DNA of 64,000 bases. Source: Escherichia phage mogra. Made by a program: the position numbers and the translations under genes. Where the stretch lies: the sequence record MN850579.1; one strand, given 5' to 3'. A model generated the notes under the pieces. The model did no database searches. It had not been told where the DNA came from and saw only the letters and a program-made list of their open reading frames with translations. This document shows, piece by piece, positions 19,306 through 28,821 of this stretch (positions are counted from its first letter, which is position 1; every line of letters begins with the position of its first letter).

Positions 19306-19765
19306 AAACTATATCAAGGGCGATATTGTCGCCCTGTTTTCTAAAGGTAATAATATTGCTCATGGGTGTAATTGTTTTCATACAATGGGCGCTGGTGTGG
19401 CAGGGCAATTAGCAAAGGCTTATCCAAAAATTCTGGAAGCCGATAAACTTCAAACCGAATTCGGAGACAAGTCTAAACTCGGGACTTATTCGGTTTATGA
19501 AAAATATTTTAAGACCCATAAAGCTTATTGCTTTAATCTTTATACACAGTTTGAGCCGGGACCTAATTTTGAGTACTCTGCTTTAATGAATTGTATAATA
19601 GAATTAAATAAATTCGGAAAGAATAAGATAACAAAGCCTGTAATTTATATGCCAAGAATTGGTGCAGGTATTGGTGGTGGAAACTGGGATGTCATCGAAG
19701 AGATTTTAGATACGTATTCCACTAAACTAGAAATTGTGATTGTTGATTGGGAACCGTTATTATGA
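19298..19765 (+). CDS. macro-domain-like protein (tentative)
   Basis: NCFHTMGAGVAGQL and IGAGIGGG resemble macro-domain glycine motifs; start is GTG/TTG, no in-frame ATG near 5-prime end. Confidence 0.4.
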   Translation: MIKNYIKGDIVALFSKGNNIAHGCNCFHTMGAGVAGQLAKAYPKILEADKLQTEFGDKSKLGTYSVYEKYFKTHKAYCFNLYTQFEPGPNFEYSALMNCIIELNKFGKNKITKPVIYMPRIGAGIGGGNWDVIEEILDTYSTKLEIVIVDWEPLL

Positions 19766-19974
19766 ATATACATTATCCACATCCATATGATCCAAAGAAT
19801 AAGGCAGTAATTATTCGTCAATGGGAACGCATTTGTCGTACCAAATGTCCAATTAATAGTCCACATGATGTAGATAAAGACTACATCGGAACATTCGTTG
19901 AATATACCTTTATTGATAAGAAAGGCCGTAAACAACATGTAGAAGAATATTGCTTAAAGGTGACATGGCTATGA
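19762..19974 (+). CDS. hypothetical protein
   Basis: ATG overlapping upstream stop. Confidence 0.45.
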   Translation: MNIHYPHPYDPKNKAVIIRQWERICRTKCPINSPHDVDKDYIGTFVEYTFIDKKGRKQHVEEYCLKVTWL

Positions 19975-20177
19975 GTCAAACAAAAATTCTTACAGGTGCT
20001 AAATGCGAAAAATGCGAATGGCCTGTAGTTTTTGCTTTATGCAATGACGAAATGGCTTGTGATTTTGATTATTGGTGTTACTGTTCGAACAAAGGTTGTA
20101 GCAATCATAAAGGTGAAGGGTTTTACTCAGGATTTTACCCTTACCCAGATTTCGTTAAAGAAGGTGAACCTAAATGA
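19971..20177 (+). CDS. Cys-rich small protein (putative zinc-binding)
   Basis: CEKCEW..C..C..CYCSNKGC cysteine pattern. Confidence 0.5.
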   Translation: MSQTKILTGAKCEKCEWPVVFALCNDEMACDFDYWCYCSNKGCSNHKGEGFYSGFYPYPDFVKEGEPK

Positions 20178-20356
20178 AATTAACTAAAGAAGAGAAAGCT
20201 AAACTGTTCGAACTTATCCATGACCTATTGGATGAGCAAGCAGCCACCAATGCGTATGATGAATATGCTCCTTTGACGGACGAAGAATATCAAGCATTGT
20301 TGGAATCATTTGACAGGAAAGAACAAGAACTCATTGACTACGTGAATTCACTATAA
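20174..20356 (+). CDS. hypothetical acidic protein
   Basis: ATGA overlap; 60 aa. Confidence 0.45.
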   Translation: MKLTKEEKAKLFELIHDLLDEQAATNAYDEYAPLTDEEYQALLESFDRKEQELIDYVNSL

Positions 20357-20365
20357 GGGACTCTT

Positions 20366-20947
20366 ATGGCTAGTTTAATTTTTACCTATGCCGCTATGAA
20401 CGCTGGTAAGTCTGCTTCATTACTTACTGCCGCACATAACTATAAAGAACGTGGCATGGGTGTATTAGTTCTTAAACCGGCTATTGATACTCGCGATTCA
20501 AAAGGTGAAATAGTCTCTCGTATTGGTATTCGTCAGGACGCCAATATAATTACAAAAGACATGGATATCTTTGAATTCTATAAATGGGCTGCAGCACAAA
20601 AGGATATTCACTGCGTATTTGTTGACGAAGCTCAGTTCTTAACTACTGAAAAGGTGTATCAACTTAGTCGTATTGTTGACGTATACAATGTGCCGGTAAT
20701 GGCATATGGACTACGAACAGATTTTAAAGGTAATCTATTTGAAGGTTCTCAAGCATTAATGGCTATTGCCGATAAGCTTGTTGAACTTAAAGGGGTCTGT
20801 CATTGCGGTAAAAAGGCCACAATGGTAGCTAGAGTCACGGAAGACGGACTTCCAATTACAGATGGCAGTCAAATTGAAATTGGTGATACTGATAGATATG
20901 TGTCATTATGCCGGAAGCATTGGAACGATTTGACAGGGTTGTTATAA
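20366..20947 (+). CDS. tk: thymidine kinase
   Basis: FTYAAMNAGKSASLL P-loop; VDEAQF; C-terminal CHCG..C zinc site. Confidence 0.92.
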   Translation: MASLIFTYAAMNAGKSASLLTAAHNYKERGMGVLVLKPAIDTRDSKGEIVSRIGIRQDANIITKDMDIFEFYKWAAAQKDIHCVFVDEAQFLTTEKVYQLSRIVDVYNVPVMAYGLRTDFKGNLFEGSQALMAIADKLVELKGVCHCGKKATMVARVTEDGLPITDGSQIEIGDTDRYVSLCRKHWNDLTGLL

Positions 20948-20974
20948 ATACTAATATCTAACCAAGAGGTATAT

Positions 20975-21187
20975 ATGCAGCAATTAAACGAAAGACAACT
21001 TCGTAATCTTACTGTAACCCAATTGGATGAAATCCGAAGAGAATTAGGACATTCTATTTCTCATTTAAACGAGGATATCCGTCAAACTGGTTCTAAAGCT
21101 GATTATACACGCAAGCGCAAGCTGGAAAAATACCTCGCAGATGTTAAGGCCGTCCAAAGGCGAAAAATAAATACTGGCCAAAATTAA
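20975..21187 (+). CDS. hypothetical protein (rI.1 position)
   Basis: 70 aa between tk and rI-like gene. Confidence 0.5.
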   Translation: MQQLNERQLRNLTVTQLDEIRRELGHSISHLNEDIRQTGSKADYTRKRKLEKYLADVKAVQRRKINTGQN

Positions 21188-21199
21188 CAGGAGGCCTAT

Positions 21200-21502
21200 A
21201 TGGCCTTAAGAGCGATAGCTGTCATGGCGATGCTGGGGTTTTTTGCAGCAACAACTCCTATCGTTGGTACTGCATATATCGACCCATATTTTGATAACTT
21301 TATGGAATCAGGGATTAAAAACGTATATACTTTGTTTGAAATTCAAAATGTCGAGAATTCTGAAAAATTCTATAAGTATATGGCAAAGCATTACAAAAAT
21401 AGTCCCTGTGATGATGCATTTGAATGTCATGAACAAGGCATAAAAACTGCCAGACAATTTGCCGAGTTCATGAAAATAAAATTAGAGCCTACATCTATCT
21501 AA
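21200..21502 (+). CDS. rI: lysis-inhibition regulator RI-like (antiholin)
   Basis: N-terminal signal-anchor MALRAIAVMAMLGFFAA; 100 aa; next to tk as in T4; resembles recalled T4 RI. Confidence 0.6.
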   Translation: MALRAIAVMAMLGFFAATTPIVGTAYIDPYFDNFMESGIKNVYTLFEIQNVENSEKFYKYMAKHYKNSPCDDAFECHEQGIKTARQFAEFMKIKLEPTSI

Positions 21503-21509
21503 TTTACTA

Positions 21510-21536
21510 GCCCCTTCCGAAAGGTCGGGGCTTTTT
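21510..21536 (+). terminator. rho-independent terminator after rI-like gene
   Basis: GCCCCTTCCGAAAGGTCGGGGC then T5. Confidence 0.7.
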
Positions 21537-21547
21537 GGCATCTATCA

Positions 21548-21599
21548 GTTTACTTCTCCTCAGGTTGTGTTATAGTAAACCTTACTTACTAGAGGAGAA
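21548..21599 (+). promoter_or_regulatory. early promoter with SD-containing inverted repeat (TTCTCCTC/GAGGAGAA)
   Basis: GTTTAC 21548. Confidence 0.5.
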
Positions 21600-21603
21600 C
21601 GTT

Positions 21604-21783
21604 ATGTCACGTAAAGAAAAAATTTCTAAGTTAATGTTTTTGATTGAAGAGTACGCTAATGCGGTATCTGATTGGGAAAATGCTCATGGTTGCGAAGATG
21701 GAGACATCGACATTAACAGAGCTATGAAAAAGATGGCCGACGCCCACACCGAATTGCAAATGTATGTTAACGAGATTATGTGA
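21604..21783 (+). CDS. hypothetical protein
   Basis: ATG after SD gaggag. Confidence 0.45.
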   Translation: MSRKEKISKLMFLIEEYANAVSDWENAHGCEDGDIDINRAMKKMADAHTELQMYVNEIM

Positions 21784-21790
21784 GGATATT

Positions 21791-22000
21791 ATGCTTTACG
21801 ATTATACTGGAAAATCTGAAGACGGTGTACTTGAACTTTTACCTGAAAGCGCTGAAGATGACGATATGGCGACGGTGATGTTTTGTAAAAATGGTCCCGG
21901 GGATAAGGGATGGATTTATCTTCGCCAAGAAAATGACCTAATTGTTTTAGACCCTAAACAAGTTGAAGAACTTTATCAACATTTAAAACACAATCGGTAG
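21791..22000 (+). CDS. hypothetical protein
   Basis: ATG after SD gtgagga. Confidence 0.45.
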   Translation: MLYDYTGKSEDGVLELLPESAEDDDMATVMFCKNGPGDKGWIYLRQENDLIVLDPKQVEELYQHLKHNR

Positions 22001-22043
22001 TTTACATCTTGGTAGGACTATGTTATAGTAGTCCTATCAAAAC
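22000..22043 (+). promoter_or_regulatory. early promoter / stem-loop cassette (TAGGACTA..TAGTCCTA)
   Basis: GTTTAC 22000. Confidence 0.5.
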
Positions 22044-22164
22044 GAACGGAGAACAAAATGAAACTTTTGCTTATCGCTTATGTTGTAGTACAATACAATT
22101 ATCCGATGTTTACTTATAACATGGTAAACGGCATAGTGAATCTTATTGAAACGAGTATGGTAAA

Positions 22165-22344
22165 ATGACCCGTGAACAAGCTAATAAATTGATGGACCTT
22201 ATCCGTGACCTACGTGAAGCCGATTCAGATTTGAATGATGTAGCTTATCATGCGGTAAATGATAACGGAGACTTTTATGAAAATCAGGTTGACGCTTGTC
22301 AGAAGGCTTTGGTGAATTTTGTTGAAACTTTAATTGGTGAATAA
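22165..22344 (+). CDS. small hypothetical protein (59 aa)
   Basis: Below ORF-track cutoff; stop-start coupling with neighbours. Confidence 0.4.
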   Translation: MTREQANKLMDLIRDLREADSDLNDVAYHAVNDNGDFYENQVDACQKALVNFVETLIGE

Positions 22345-22345
22345 T

Positions 22346-22876
22346 ATGAAAACTGTAATTGAAACAACCGAGTTGTTTGGCGATTTATGTATCGAAAAAC
22401 GTGGTTATGCTTACGTTCTGACACAAGAAGATGATGCTGTTACTATTCTTCCTATGGAACTGGACAAGATTTTGAAACTCAATCCGCCCGGCCATGCATC
22501 TGTAATTAACATTGATGAAGACCTTCAAGTTCGTTTTTATCACGGTCTTTATAGTGGGGTTAATATCGAAACAGAAGATGAATGCCTTTCTATCAATAAT
22601 TGGAAAACATTCGTCTCTAAGGTGAAAGAATTCATAGAATCTGAAACTGCCAAAAAGGCCAAACTTCAATGGGCTAAATGCCGTAATGCTTTTATTACAA
22701 ATCAGGACCGCCCTGACTATACAACAGTCCTAGGCGTTAATCCTTCTTATGAAGACGGTGATGTCGTAGTTATTCGCCAAACTGATGACCTTCGTCAACA
22801 TATCATTACATTAGACAAAGATGAAGCAGTTGCTCTTAAAGCTTATCTCGATTCTATTATCCCAACTTTGAAATAA
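22346..22876 (+). CDS. hypothetical protein
   Basis: 176 aa. Confidence 0.5.
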   Translation: MKTVIETTELFGDLCIEKRGYAYVLTQEDDAVTILPMELDKILKLNPPGHASVINIDEDLQVRFYHGLYSGVNIETEDECLSINNWKTFVSKVKEFIESETAKKAKLQWAKCRNAFITNQDRPDYTTVLGVNPSYEDGDVVVIRQTDDLRQHIITLDKDEAVALKAYLDSIIPTLK

Positions 22877-22885
22877 GGAATTATT

Positions 22886-23359
22886 ATGATTATCAATGAA
22901 AACTCTTGGCACTTTAAAATTTATGCCGCGTTCAATAGTACATGGAATCGCCCGAAAACGTTGTGTGCTTATTTTTGGAAAACGTTAATCCCGGTATTGG
23001 CTGTTTCAATTATTGGATTTGCGATTTTAGCAGCAGTCACAATCATTGGCCAGGAAATTTTAACTAAATTCTTTGTTTTTAGCAGTCTATGGACATTAGT
23101 TCCGGCCTCAATTGGTGTAGGCATTTTAATTGTAGCAGTCATGGCTTTTATTGCTACAGGGTTAGTAATTGGTCCGTCTTGGCTGTTAGACAAATATAAC
23201 GACAGAAAATATTATAAAGAAATTGAGCTCATTGCGCAAAACCAAGAACGAATTAAAAATGGACTTGAGCCTATTGAACGTAAGAAATCATTAATAGGCG
23301 AATACCTTAAAGCTCGTAAAGAAAAAGTCTGTCCTACTCTTGAATATAAGGCTAAATGA
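22886..23359 (+). CDS. membrane protein
   Basis: Several TM helices; SD aagga. Confidence 0.55.
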   Translation: MIINENSWHFKIYAAFNSTWNRPKTLCAYFWKTLIPVLAVSIIGFAILAAVTIIGQEILTKFFVFSSLWTLVPASIGVGILIVAVMAFIATGLVIGPSWLLDKYNDRKYYKEIELIAQNQERIKNGLEPIERKKSLIGEYLKARKEKVCPTLEYKAK

Positions 23360-24345
23360 TGAAAACAATTATGAAAGGCTACTTTGGTAGCCACCTTTAT
23401 GGAACGTCTACTCCTGAATCTGACGTCGATTTTAAAGAAATTTATGTCCCTCATGCTCGTGATATCTTGACCGGTAACGTTAAAGAACACATGAGCAAGA
23501 ACACGAATAACACATCTTCTAAGAACACAAAAGACGACGTGGACCATGAGTTGTATAGTCTCAAATATTTCTTTAAACTAGCTGCGGATGGTGAAACTGT
23601 CGCATTAGATATGCTTCACACTCCACAAAGTCTAGTAGTTAAATCTGATTTGCCTGATGTATGGAAGTATATTCAAGATAACAGGTCTCGTTTCTATACC
23701 ACTAACATGAAATCTTATTTAGGGTATGTCCGTAAGCAAGCTTCTAAATACGGTGTCAAGGGTTCTCGACTGGCTGTTCTTCGTCAAGCCCTTAAACGTT
23801 CTAATGAATGGGGACAATACTTTGATAATGGCGCAGTAATTCGTTTATCACATATGAAGAATGTTCTGCCTGTAGGTGAATTTGCTTCGTGGGTTGAAAC
23901 TGAAAACGAGAAAACAGGTAAGCAAACATTCTATAATCTGTTGGACCGTAAATTCCAAGACACATTAACCAATAAAGAGTTCAATGCCATCCTGGTTAAA
24001 CTAGAAGAGAACTATGGCGAACGTGCTCGTAAGGCAGAAGCTAACGAAGGTATTGACTGGAAAGCATTGAGTCATGCATGTCGTGGTGGACTTCAATTAT
24101 TGGAAATTTACAAAACCGGCGACCTGGTTTACCCACTTCAGGATGCTCCATTTATTCTCGATGTTAAGCTTGGTAAACATACGTTTAAAACTGTACAAGA
24201 ATTCCTAGAAGATATTGTTGACCAAGTTGAACAAGCATCAGAAAAAGCCGCTAAGAACGGTATGCAACAAAAAGTAGATATGAGTTTCTGGGACGACTTC
24301 CTTGAACAAGTCTATCTCGAAAATCATAATTCTTACTATAAATAA
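23356..24345 (+). CDS. nucleotidyltransferase-fold protein (Pol-beta superfamily-like)
   Basis: GSHLYGTSTPESDVDFK fits the GS...DxD NTase motif; C-terminal helical region. Confidence 0.55.
   Translation: MMKTIMKGYFGSHLYGTSTPESDVDFKEIYVPHARDILTGNVKEHMSKNTNNTSSKNTKDDVDHELYSLKYFFKLAADGETVALDMLHTPQSLVVKSDLPDVWKYIQDNRSRFYTTNMKSYLGYVRKQASKYGVKGSRLAVLRQALKRSNEWGQYFDNGAVIRLSHMKNVLPVGEFASWVETENEKTGKQTFYNLLDRKFQDTLTNKEFNAILVKLEENYGERARKAEANEGIDWKALSHACRGGLQLLEIYKTGDLVYPLQDAPFILDVKLGKHTFKTVQEFLEDIVDQVEQASEKAAKNGMQQKVDMSFWDDFLEQVYLENHNSYYK
24337..24344 (+). promoter_or_regulatory. candidate late promoter TATAAATA
   Basis: Exact octamer at the end of the upstream CDS, about 30 nt before ATG 24377. Confidence 0.35.
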
Positions 24346-24376
24346 ATAGATAAATAACCATTAACTTGAGGTAAAT

Positions 24377-24658
24377 ATGAAAAAATTAGTAATTGGTTTA
24401 TTCGCAGTAATGATGGCATTCTCTGTTGGTGCTACCACAGGTGCAACCGGCGGTAGTGCAGGAGCTGGTGGTAACCAGTCTTCTGGGCCTTCCAATGGTT
24501 CGGTAAATGCATCACATTCTCAGGGTATTGAGAATATCAGATCAAGCTATATTAATAGCACGGCCGGACAAGCAACTGAAGCATGGTCAAAGGGCCGAGT
24601 AGTTACTCGCTCCGTATTCTGTGATATGCCTAATTATGTTGCTAAGTGCGATAAGTAA
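24377..24658 (+). CDS. secreted Gly/Ser-rich protein
   Basis: Signal peptide MKKLVIGLFAVMMAFSVGA. Confidence 0.5.
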   Translation: MKKLVIGLFAVMMAFSVGATTGATGGSAGAGGNQSSGPSNGSVNASHSQGIENIRSSYINSTAGQATEAWSKGRVVTRSVFCDMPNYVAKCDK

Positions 24659-24663
24659 ATGTG

Positions 24664-24682
24664 GGGACCTTCGGGTCCCTTT
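24664..24682 (+). terminator. terminator-like hairpin
   Basis: GGGACC-TTCG-GGTCCC then TTT. Confidence 0.45.
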
Positions 24683-24776
24683 AGGGGGTTAAAATATTTT
24701 TAAAAAGTAGTGTACATGCTTTTAGGATATGTTATTATAGACCTATCGAAACGAAATGAGTAAATTGGAGAATAAA

Positions 24777-25757
24777 ATGTTCAACGTTCAAATCAAAAAA
24801 GGTATCTATCGTAATAACGAAATCTCTGGTTCTTATGTTGCCACAAAGACCTGGTTCCCGGCAAAGCTTAATCCTGAATGTTCCCACTTAGGTGATGGTA
24901 AAATTTTCGTTATGATTGATGGTTCTGAACGTGGAGTATGGGTCTTCAAATCAGACATCGTAATGGAAGGAGTTGAGACGTCACCAGTTGCAGTTATTGA
25001 AAGCACTGAAGATATGAAAACTCGTATCAACAAACGCTTTAAAGTAATGAACATGATGACGAATGGCATTATCGATGGCAAAATTCGTTCACTCATTATT
25101 TCAGGTGCAGCTGGTATTGGTAAGACGTATTCTCTGGATAAAGCACTTAATAATGCTAATGATAACGGTTTCATCAAATACAAAAGCATTAATGGTAAAA
25201 TCTCCGGTATTGGCCTTTACGAACAACTTTGGCTCAACCGTGATGCAGACAGCGTTCTCTTAATCGACGACGTTGACGTATTCTCAGATATGGACATCTT
25301 GAACCTTCTTAAAGCAGCATTAGATACCGGCGATAAACGCAAAGTTTGTTGGAGCACTGCGTCATCTTATCTCGAGGATAAGGGTATTGATAAAGAATTT
25401 GAGTTTGAAGGTACTATCGTTTTCATTACAAACGTTGATATCGATAAAGAGTTAGAACGGGGTTCGAAACTTGCTCCACACCTTCAAGCTTTAGTATCTC
25501 GTTCAGTGTATCTCGACCTTGGAGTACACTCTAATGAAGAGATTATGGTTCGAGTTGAAGATGTAATATTATCTACTGACATGATGCAGAAACGTGGCCT
25601 GACGGATGCAGAAACGTACAAAGCATTGTCCTGGATGAAGGCTAATGTATCTCGTCTTCGCAATGTATCATTACGTACCGCTCTTTATGTAGCAGATTTT
25701 ATTTCAACTGATAAAGATGGTTGGGAGGAAATCTCTGAAGTAACTTTACTGAAATAA
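24777..25757 (+). CDS. AAA-type P-loop ATPase
   Basis: Walker A GAAGIGKT; Walker B LLIDDVD; ATG 24777 after SD ggag. Confidence 0.6.
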   Translation: MFNVQIKKGIYRNNEISGSYVATKTWFPAKLNPECSHLGDGKIFVMIDGSERGVWVFKSDIVMEGVETSPVAVIESTEDMKTRINKRFKVMNMMTNGIIDGKIRSLIISGAAGIGKTYSLDKALNNANDNGFIKYKSINGKISGIGLYEQLWLNRDADSVLLIDDVDVFSDMDILNLLKAALDTGDKRKVCWSTASSYLEDKGIDKEFEFEGTIVFITNVDIDKELERGSKLAPHLQALVSRSVYLDLGVHSNEEIMVRVEDVILSTDMMQKRGLTDAETYKALSWMKANVSRLRNVSLRTALYVADFISTDKDGWEEISEVTLLK

Positions 25758-25894
25758 GCTTATAGGAAGTTCTGAGGTAACAAAAGCCATAAAGATGAAT
25801 AATCATATGGCTTACCTCAAAGAAGGACACCAGGAACCTACTGAGGGCATAGAAATATTTAAAATAATGATGTACAAATCAAAGAGGATATGTT

Positions 25895-26182
25895 ATGGAT
25901 TTTATGCAAAAAATTAAAGCCGCAGTCGAACTGTATGCTCATCGTATGGTTAGTTCTACGATGCAATATAGCGAGGAGGTTCGCCAGGACTCTTCCTTGA
26001 AAGGAAAAACTAAAGCCTTAATTACCTTAGATCGTTTGCAAAAGAATGCCATAGAGATGCTCCAGTACGACAAGGGTGTATATAAGAAAGAACAGGAAGA
26101 GAAACTTAAATCTGAAAAATTACAAAAAATCCCGAAGTCTGTTTGGTTCAGTGGAAAAAATACCGAAAAAAGTTTCTTTTAG
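25895..26182 (+). CDS. hypothetical protein
   Basis: 95 aa. Confidence 0.45.
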   Translation: MDFMQKIKAAVELYAHRMVSSTMQYSEEVRQDSSLKGKTKALITLDRLQKNAIEMLQYDKGVYKKEQEEKLKSEKLQKIPKSVWFSGKNTEKSFF

Positions 26183-26184
26183 TT

Positions 26185-26236
26185 GTTTACAAGGTCTATG
26201 GTTATGTTATTATAGACCTATCAACTACTGGAGGTA
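26185..26236 (+). promoter_or_regulatory. early promoter with inverted repeat GGTCTAT/ATAGACC
   Basis: GTTTAC 26185. Confidence 0.5.
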
Positions 26237-26240
26237 AAAC

Positions 26241-26768
26241 ATGAACGCTAAAGATATTTTCAACCTGGTAAATTATAACGACGGTAAATTTAAATCTGAA
26301 GCACAAAGTAAGTTCTTTAATGACATTGCTTATGGTAACGAGATTACCGTGGACGGAGGTCAGATTTTCAAATCTCGCTGGAATTGGATTGTTATCATCG
26401 ATTCAGTTGGAATTGTGGAAGTCTACAAAAACACTAACAAAAAACGTACATTATTCTGGTCTCGTGAAACTAACGAGAAGTACAAAAAGGATAAAGCATC
26501 TCGTTTATCCAAAGTAACCCAGGAAGATATCGAGTTTATCAAGAAAGATATCGAGATGTACGAAAATTTAATCGCTGAAGACCAGGCAGTACTCGATAAG
26601 TTTGATGAAATTAAAGCTTCTCTTGAAATCCCTGACTTCATGAAAGAAACAGTAAACGAACGATACGCTCTCACTTCAGAACGTATTGCAAACTATACAA
26701 AACAGAAAGCAGAACGTATTAGTACTCTTCGGAAATTTGAAGAACGTTTAAAGACGGTTCACGCATAA
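26241..26768 (+). CDS. hypothetical protein
   Basis: SD ggaggt; 175 aa. Confidence 0.5.
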   Translation: MNAKDIFNLVNYNDGKFKSEAQSKFFNDIAYGNEITVDGGQIFKSRWNWIVIIDSVGIVEVYKNTNKKRTLFWSRETNEKYKKDKASRLSKVTQEDIEFIKKDIEMYENLIAEDQAVLDKFDEIKASLEIPDFMKETVNERYALTSERIANYTKQKAERISTLRKFEERLKTVHA

Positions 26769-26771
26769 ACG

Positions 26772-26795
26772 CTTTACCCAAGGACGGGTTATAAT
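26772..26795 (+). promoter_or_regulatory. promoter (CTTTAC -35, TATAAT -10) for first coiled-coil paralog
   Basis: CTTTAC 26772; TATAAT 26790. Confidence 0.45.
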
Positions 26796-26830
26796 GGTTT
26801 TGAGTTCCAATTCAATCTGAGGAAATAGTT

Positions 26831-27826
26831 ATGAGCATTACATCTGATGCGGTAAAACATGAAATTAATGGTTTATGTGCTTCACAGATTAAAGTGTGGT
26901 TTAAAGACCATAACGATCGCAGAGCACTTAATTATGAGCAAATTGCTATCCAAGTTCATCAATTACTGGTTAGTAAATTTGATTTTCATATGCCGTCTGA
27001 AATCTATACTAATCTGCCGCGAGCACTTATTAAAGCGTGTAAAGGTTATGGAAAATCAATGGCTGATGGAATCTTCAGCGCGCTGAATAAACTTAACGTT
27101 CTGTCGATGATTAACTCTAACAACATCCTGAGTAATCTAGGACGTACTGATTTGTTCGGACGTGAACAGTGTAAAATGCCTTTGAAATGGATTGTTGCTC
27201 ATCTTAACGAGAACCAAACACGTTTTATGGCCGTAACAGCACGTTTACAAATGGGCCTAGATCGTCAGATGAACTTTAAAACTCATCCACGTTATTCAGG
27301 TTCAACTGACTTTTATAAATGTGAGCTTCAAAAGGTTGGTGGCAAAACTGTCTTAGTAGTTCGTGTAACGTTTGAAGGACGTCGTCAAGGATATTTTGAC
27401 ATAATCGGCTCTGGACTTAAACATTGTGGATTTATCGACGAAGTTGATATCAAGCGAGACGGCATTGGATACCGTATTGGGTATGTTTGTACTCTTAAAG
27501 AAGAGATTTCAGGACCAGCTCCAGGACTAAAAGACGTTAGATATAAAGACGAGCTCGTTGAAGAAATAAAAGAAGTTGAATATGATATCAACCAAGAAGA
27601 TGCTCTTAAAGACCTTATTGATGAACTGAACCAAGACGTTATTCCGGTTCAGAAATTTGAATCAAAACATGCTGAGCAAATCAAATACTTTGAAGCTTTG
27701 ATTAACGAACTTAATGTAACTATTCAACAGACTGACGATGAAATCTCACGATTAGCAGGCTTAAACGGTAAAAATAAAACAGAACGAGCTAATCTTATTC
27801 AAGTAGTAAAACTTCTTAAGGAATGA
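26831..27826 (+). CDS. hypothetical protein with C-terminal coiled coil (1 of 3 tandem)
   Basis: 331 aa; own promoter; SD gaggaaa. Confidence 0.55.
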   Translation: MSITSDAVKHEINGLCASQIKVWFKDHNDRRALNYEQIAIQVHQLLVSKFDFHMPSEIYTNLPRALIKACKGYGKSMADGIFSALNKLNVLSMINSNNILSNLGRTDLFGREQCKMPLKWIVAHLNENQTRFMAVTARLQMGLDRQMNFKTHPRYSGSTDFYKCELQKVGGKTVLVVRVTFEGRRQGYFDIIGSGLKHCGFIDEVDIKRDGIGYRIGYVCTLKEEISGPAPGLKDVRYKDELVEEIKEVEYDINQEDALKDLIDELNQDVIPVQKFESKHAEQIKYFEALINELNVTIQQTDDEISRLAGLNGKNKTERANLIQVVKLLKE

Positions 27827-27827
27827 T

Positions 27828-27855
27828 GTACAACCAAGGATGGTTGGAGTATAAT
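27828..27855 (+). promoter_or_regulatory. promoter (TGTACA -35, TATAAT -10) for second coiled-coil paralog
   Basis: Shares CCAAGGATGGTTGGAGTATAAT with the 28822 cassette. Confidence 0.45.
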
Positions 27856-27881
27856 AAATTTTTCAACATGAGGAATATAAA

Positions 27882-28817
27882 ATGGCTTTTATTACACGTA
27901 GAGAACTTATCAAAGAATTTACCTCGAACGCATATACTCCAGGACCTAATCCTATCCGTATGCCTGTAAAGACTCCTGAAGAGATTGAGGAAGTCTGTTC
28001 ATATTATGGGATTACTTCTCGTAAGTTTACTCAATTTGAATGCGTTACTAACACACCCGTTAAAGAGTTCATTAAAAATGGTGAGTTCAGCCGTTTATTA
28101 GCCAAACAGAAACTTCGTAATTTTTGTATTGGTGGTGAAGGACAATATTTCGCTAAGCAGTTCCGGAATAACCTTAACAATCTGATGGCCATTGCTTCTC
28201 GTATTCGTCCTCAAGCAATTAACATGAAACATTTGAAATATACTTACGATAAGTTAGAAATCATGGTTATCAGTGAGAATGAGTTCACTCTTACGTATAA
28301 ACCTAAGAATGATAACGTTGCTCGTGTATTCCACCAAGCGTTGGAAGTTTTAGGTGATAATATCCACCAGATTAAAGCAATTTATTCTCGTGAGCTTAAT
28401 ATTATCGACCCTATCAAGAATAAGGGCCATATCGCTATCCAGGCTCGTGTATCTATTGGTAAAAAGGTTCCTGCGCCATGGTGGCACAAAGACTCTGAAT
28501 ACTATCAAAATCTTAAAAAGGAAAATGCAACGTTCGAAGCGTCAATTACTGCAACCCCAATTGGCCATGCTGAAGTTCTAGGTGCATATTCTACTGCTCC
28601 ATCTATACACATTTCACCGTCGACTAAACTGGAAATCTCTAACGGTCTTCTTCCTGCCGAAGATTACCATTATAATCAAATCAAGGCCACTGTAGACCAA
28701 CTATCCGTTGAACTTGACAAAGCACAAGCTAAGCTTCGTGATGCTCAACAAGTAGTTACCAAGCTCCAGTTGCAGTACTCTAAACTTTTTAACGCAATGA
28801 ATGCATTAAAATCATAA
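27882..28817 (+). CDS. hypothetical protein with C-terminal coiled coil (2 of 3 tandem)
   Basis: 311 aa; own promoter; SD gagga. Confidence 0.55.
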   Translation: MAFITRRELIKEFTSNAYTPGPNPIRMPVKTPEEIEEVCSYYGITSRKFTQFECVTNTPVKEFIKNGEFSRLLAKQKLRNFCIGGEGQYFAKQFRNNLNNLMAIASRIRPQAINMKHLKYTYDKLEIMVISENEFTLTYKPKNDNVARVFHQALEVLGDNIHQIKAIYSRELNIIDPIKNKGHIAIQARVSIGKKVPAPWWHKDSEYYQNLKKENATFEASITATPIGHAEVLGAYSTAPSIHISPSTKLEISNGLLPAEDYHYNQIKATVDQLSVELDKAQAKLRDAQQVVTKLQLQYSKLFNAMNALKS

Positions 28818-28821
28818 ATCA

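Noticed and set aside
22058-22168. 36-aa hydrophobic mini-ORF
   Set aside because: Too short to support from sequence alone; could be a real micro-protein but no specific evidence
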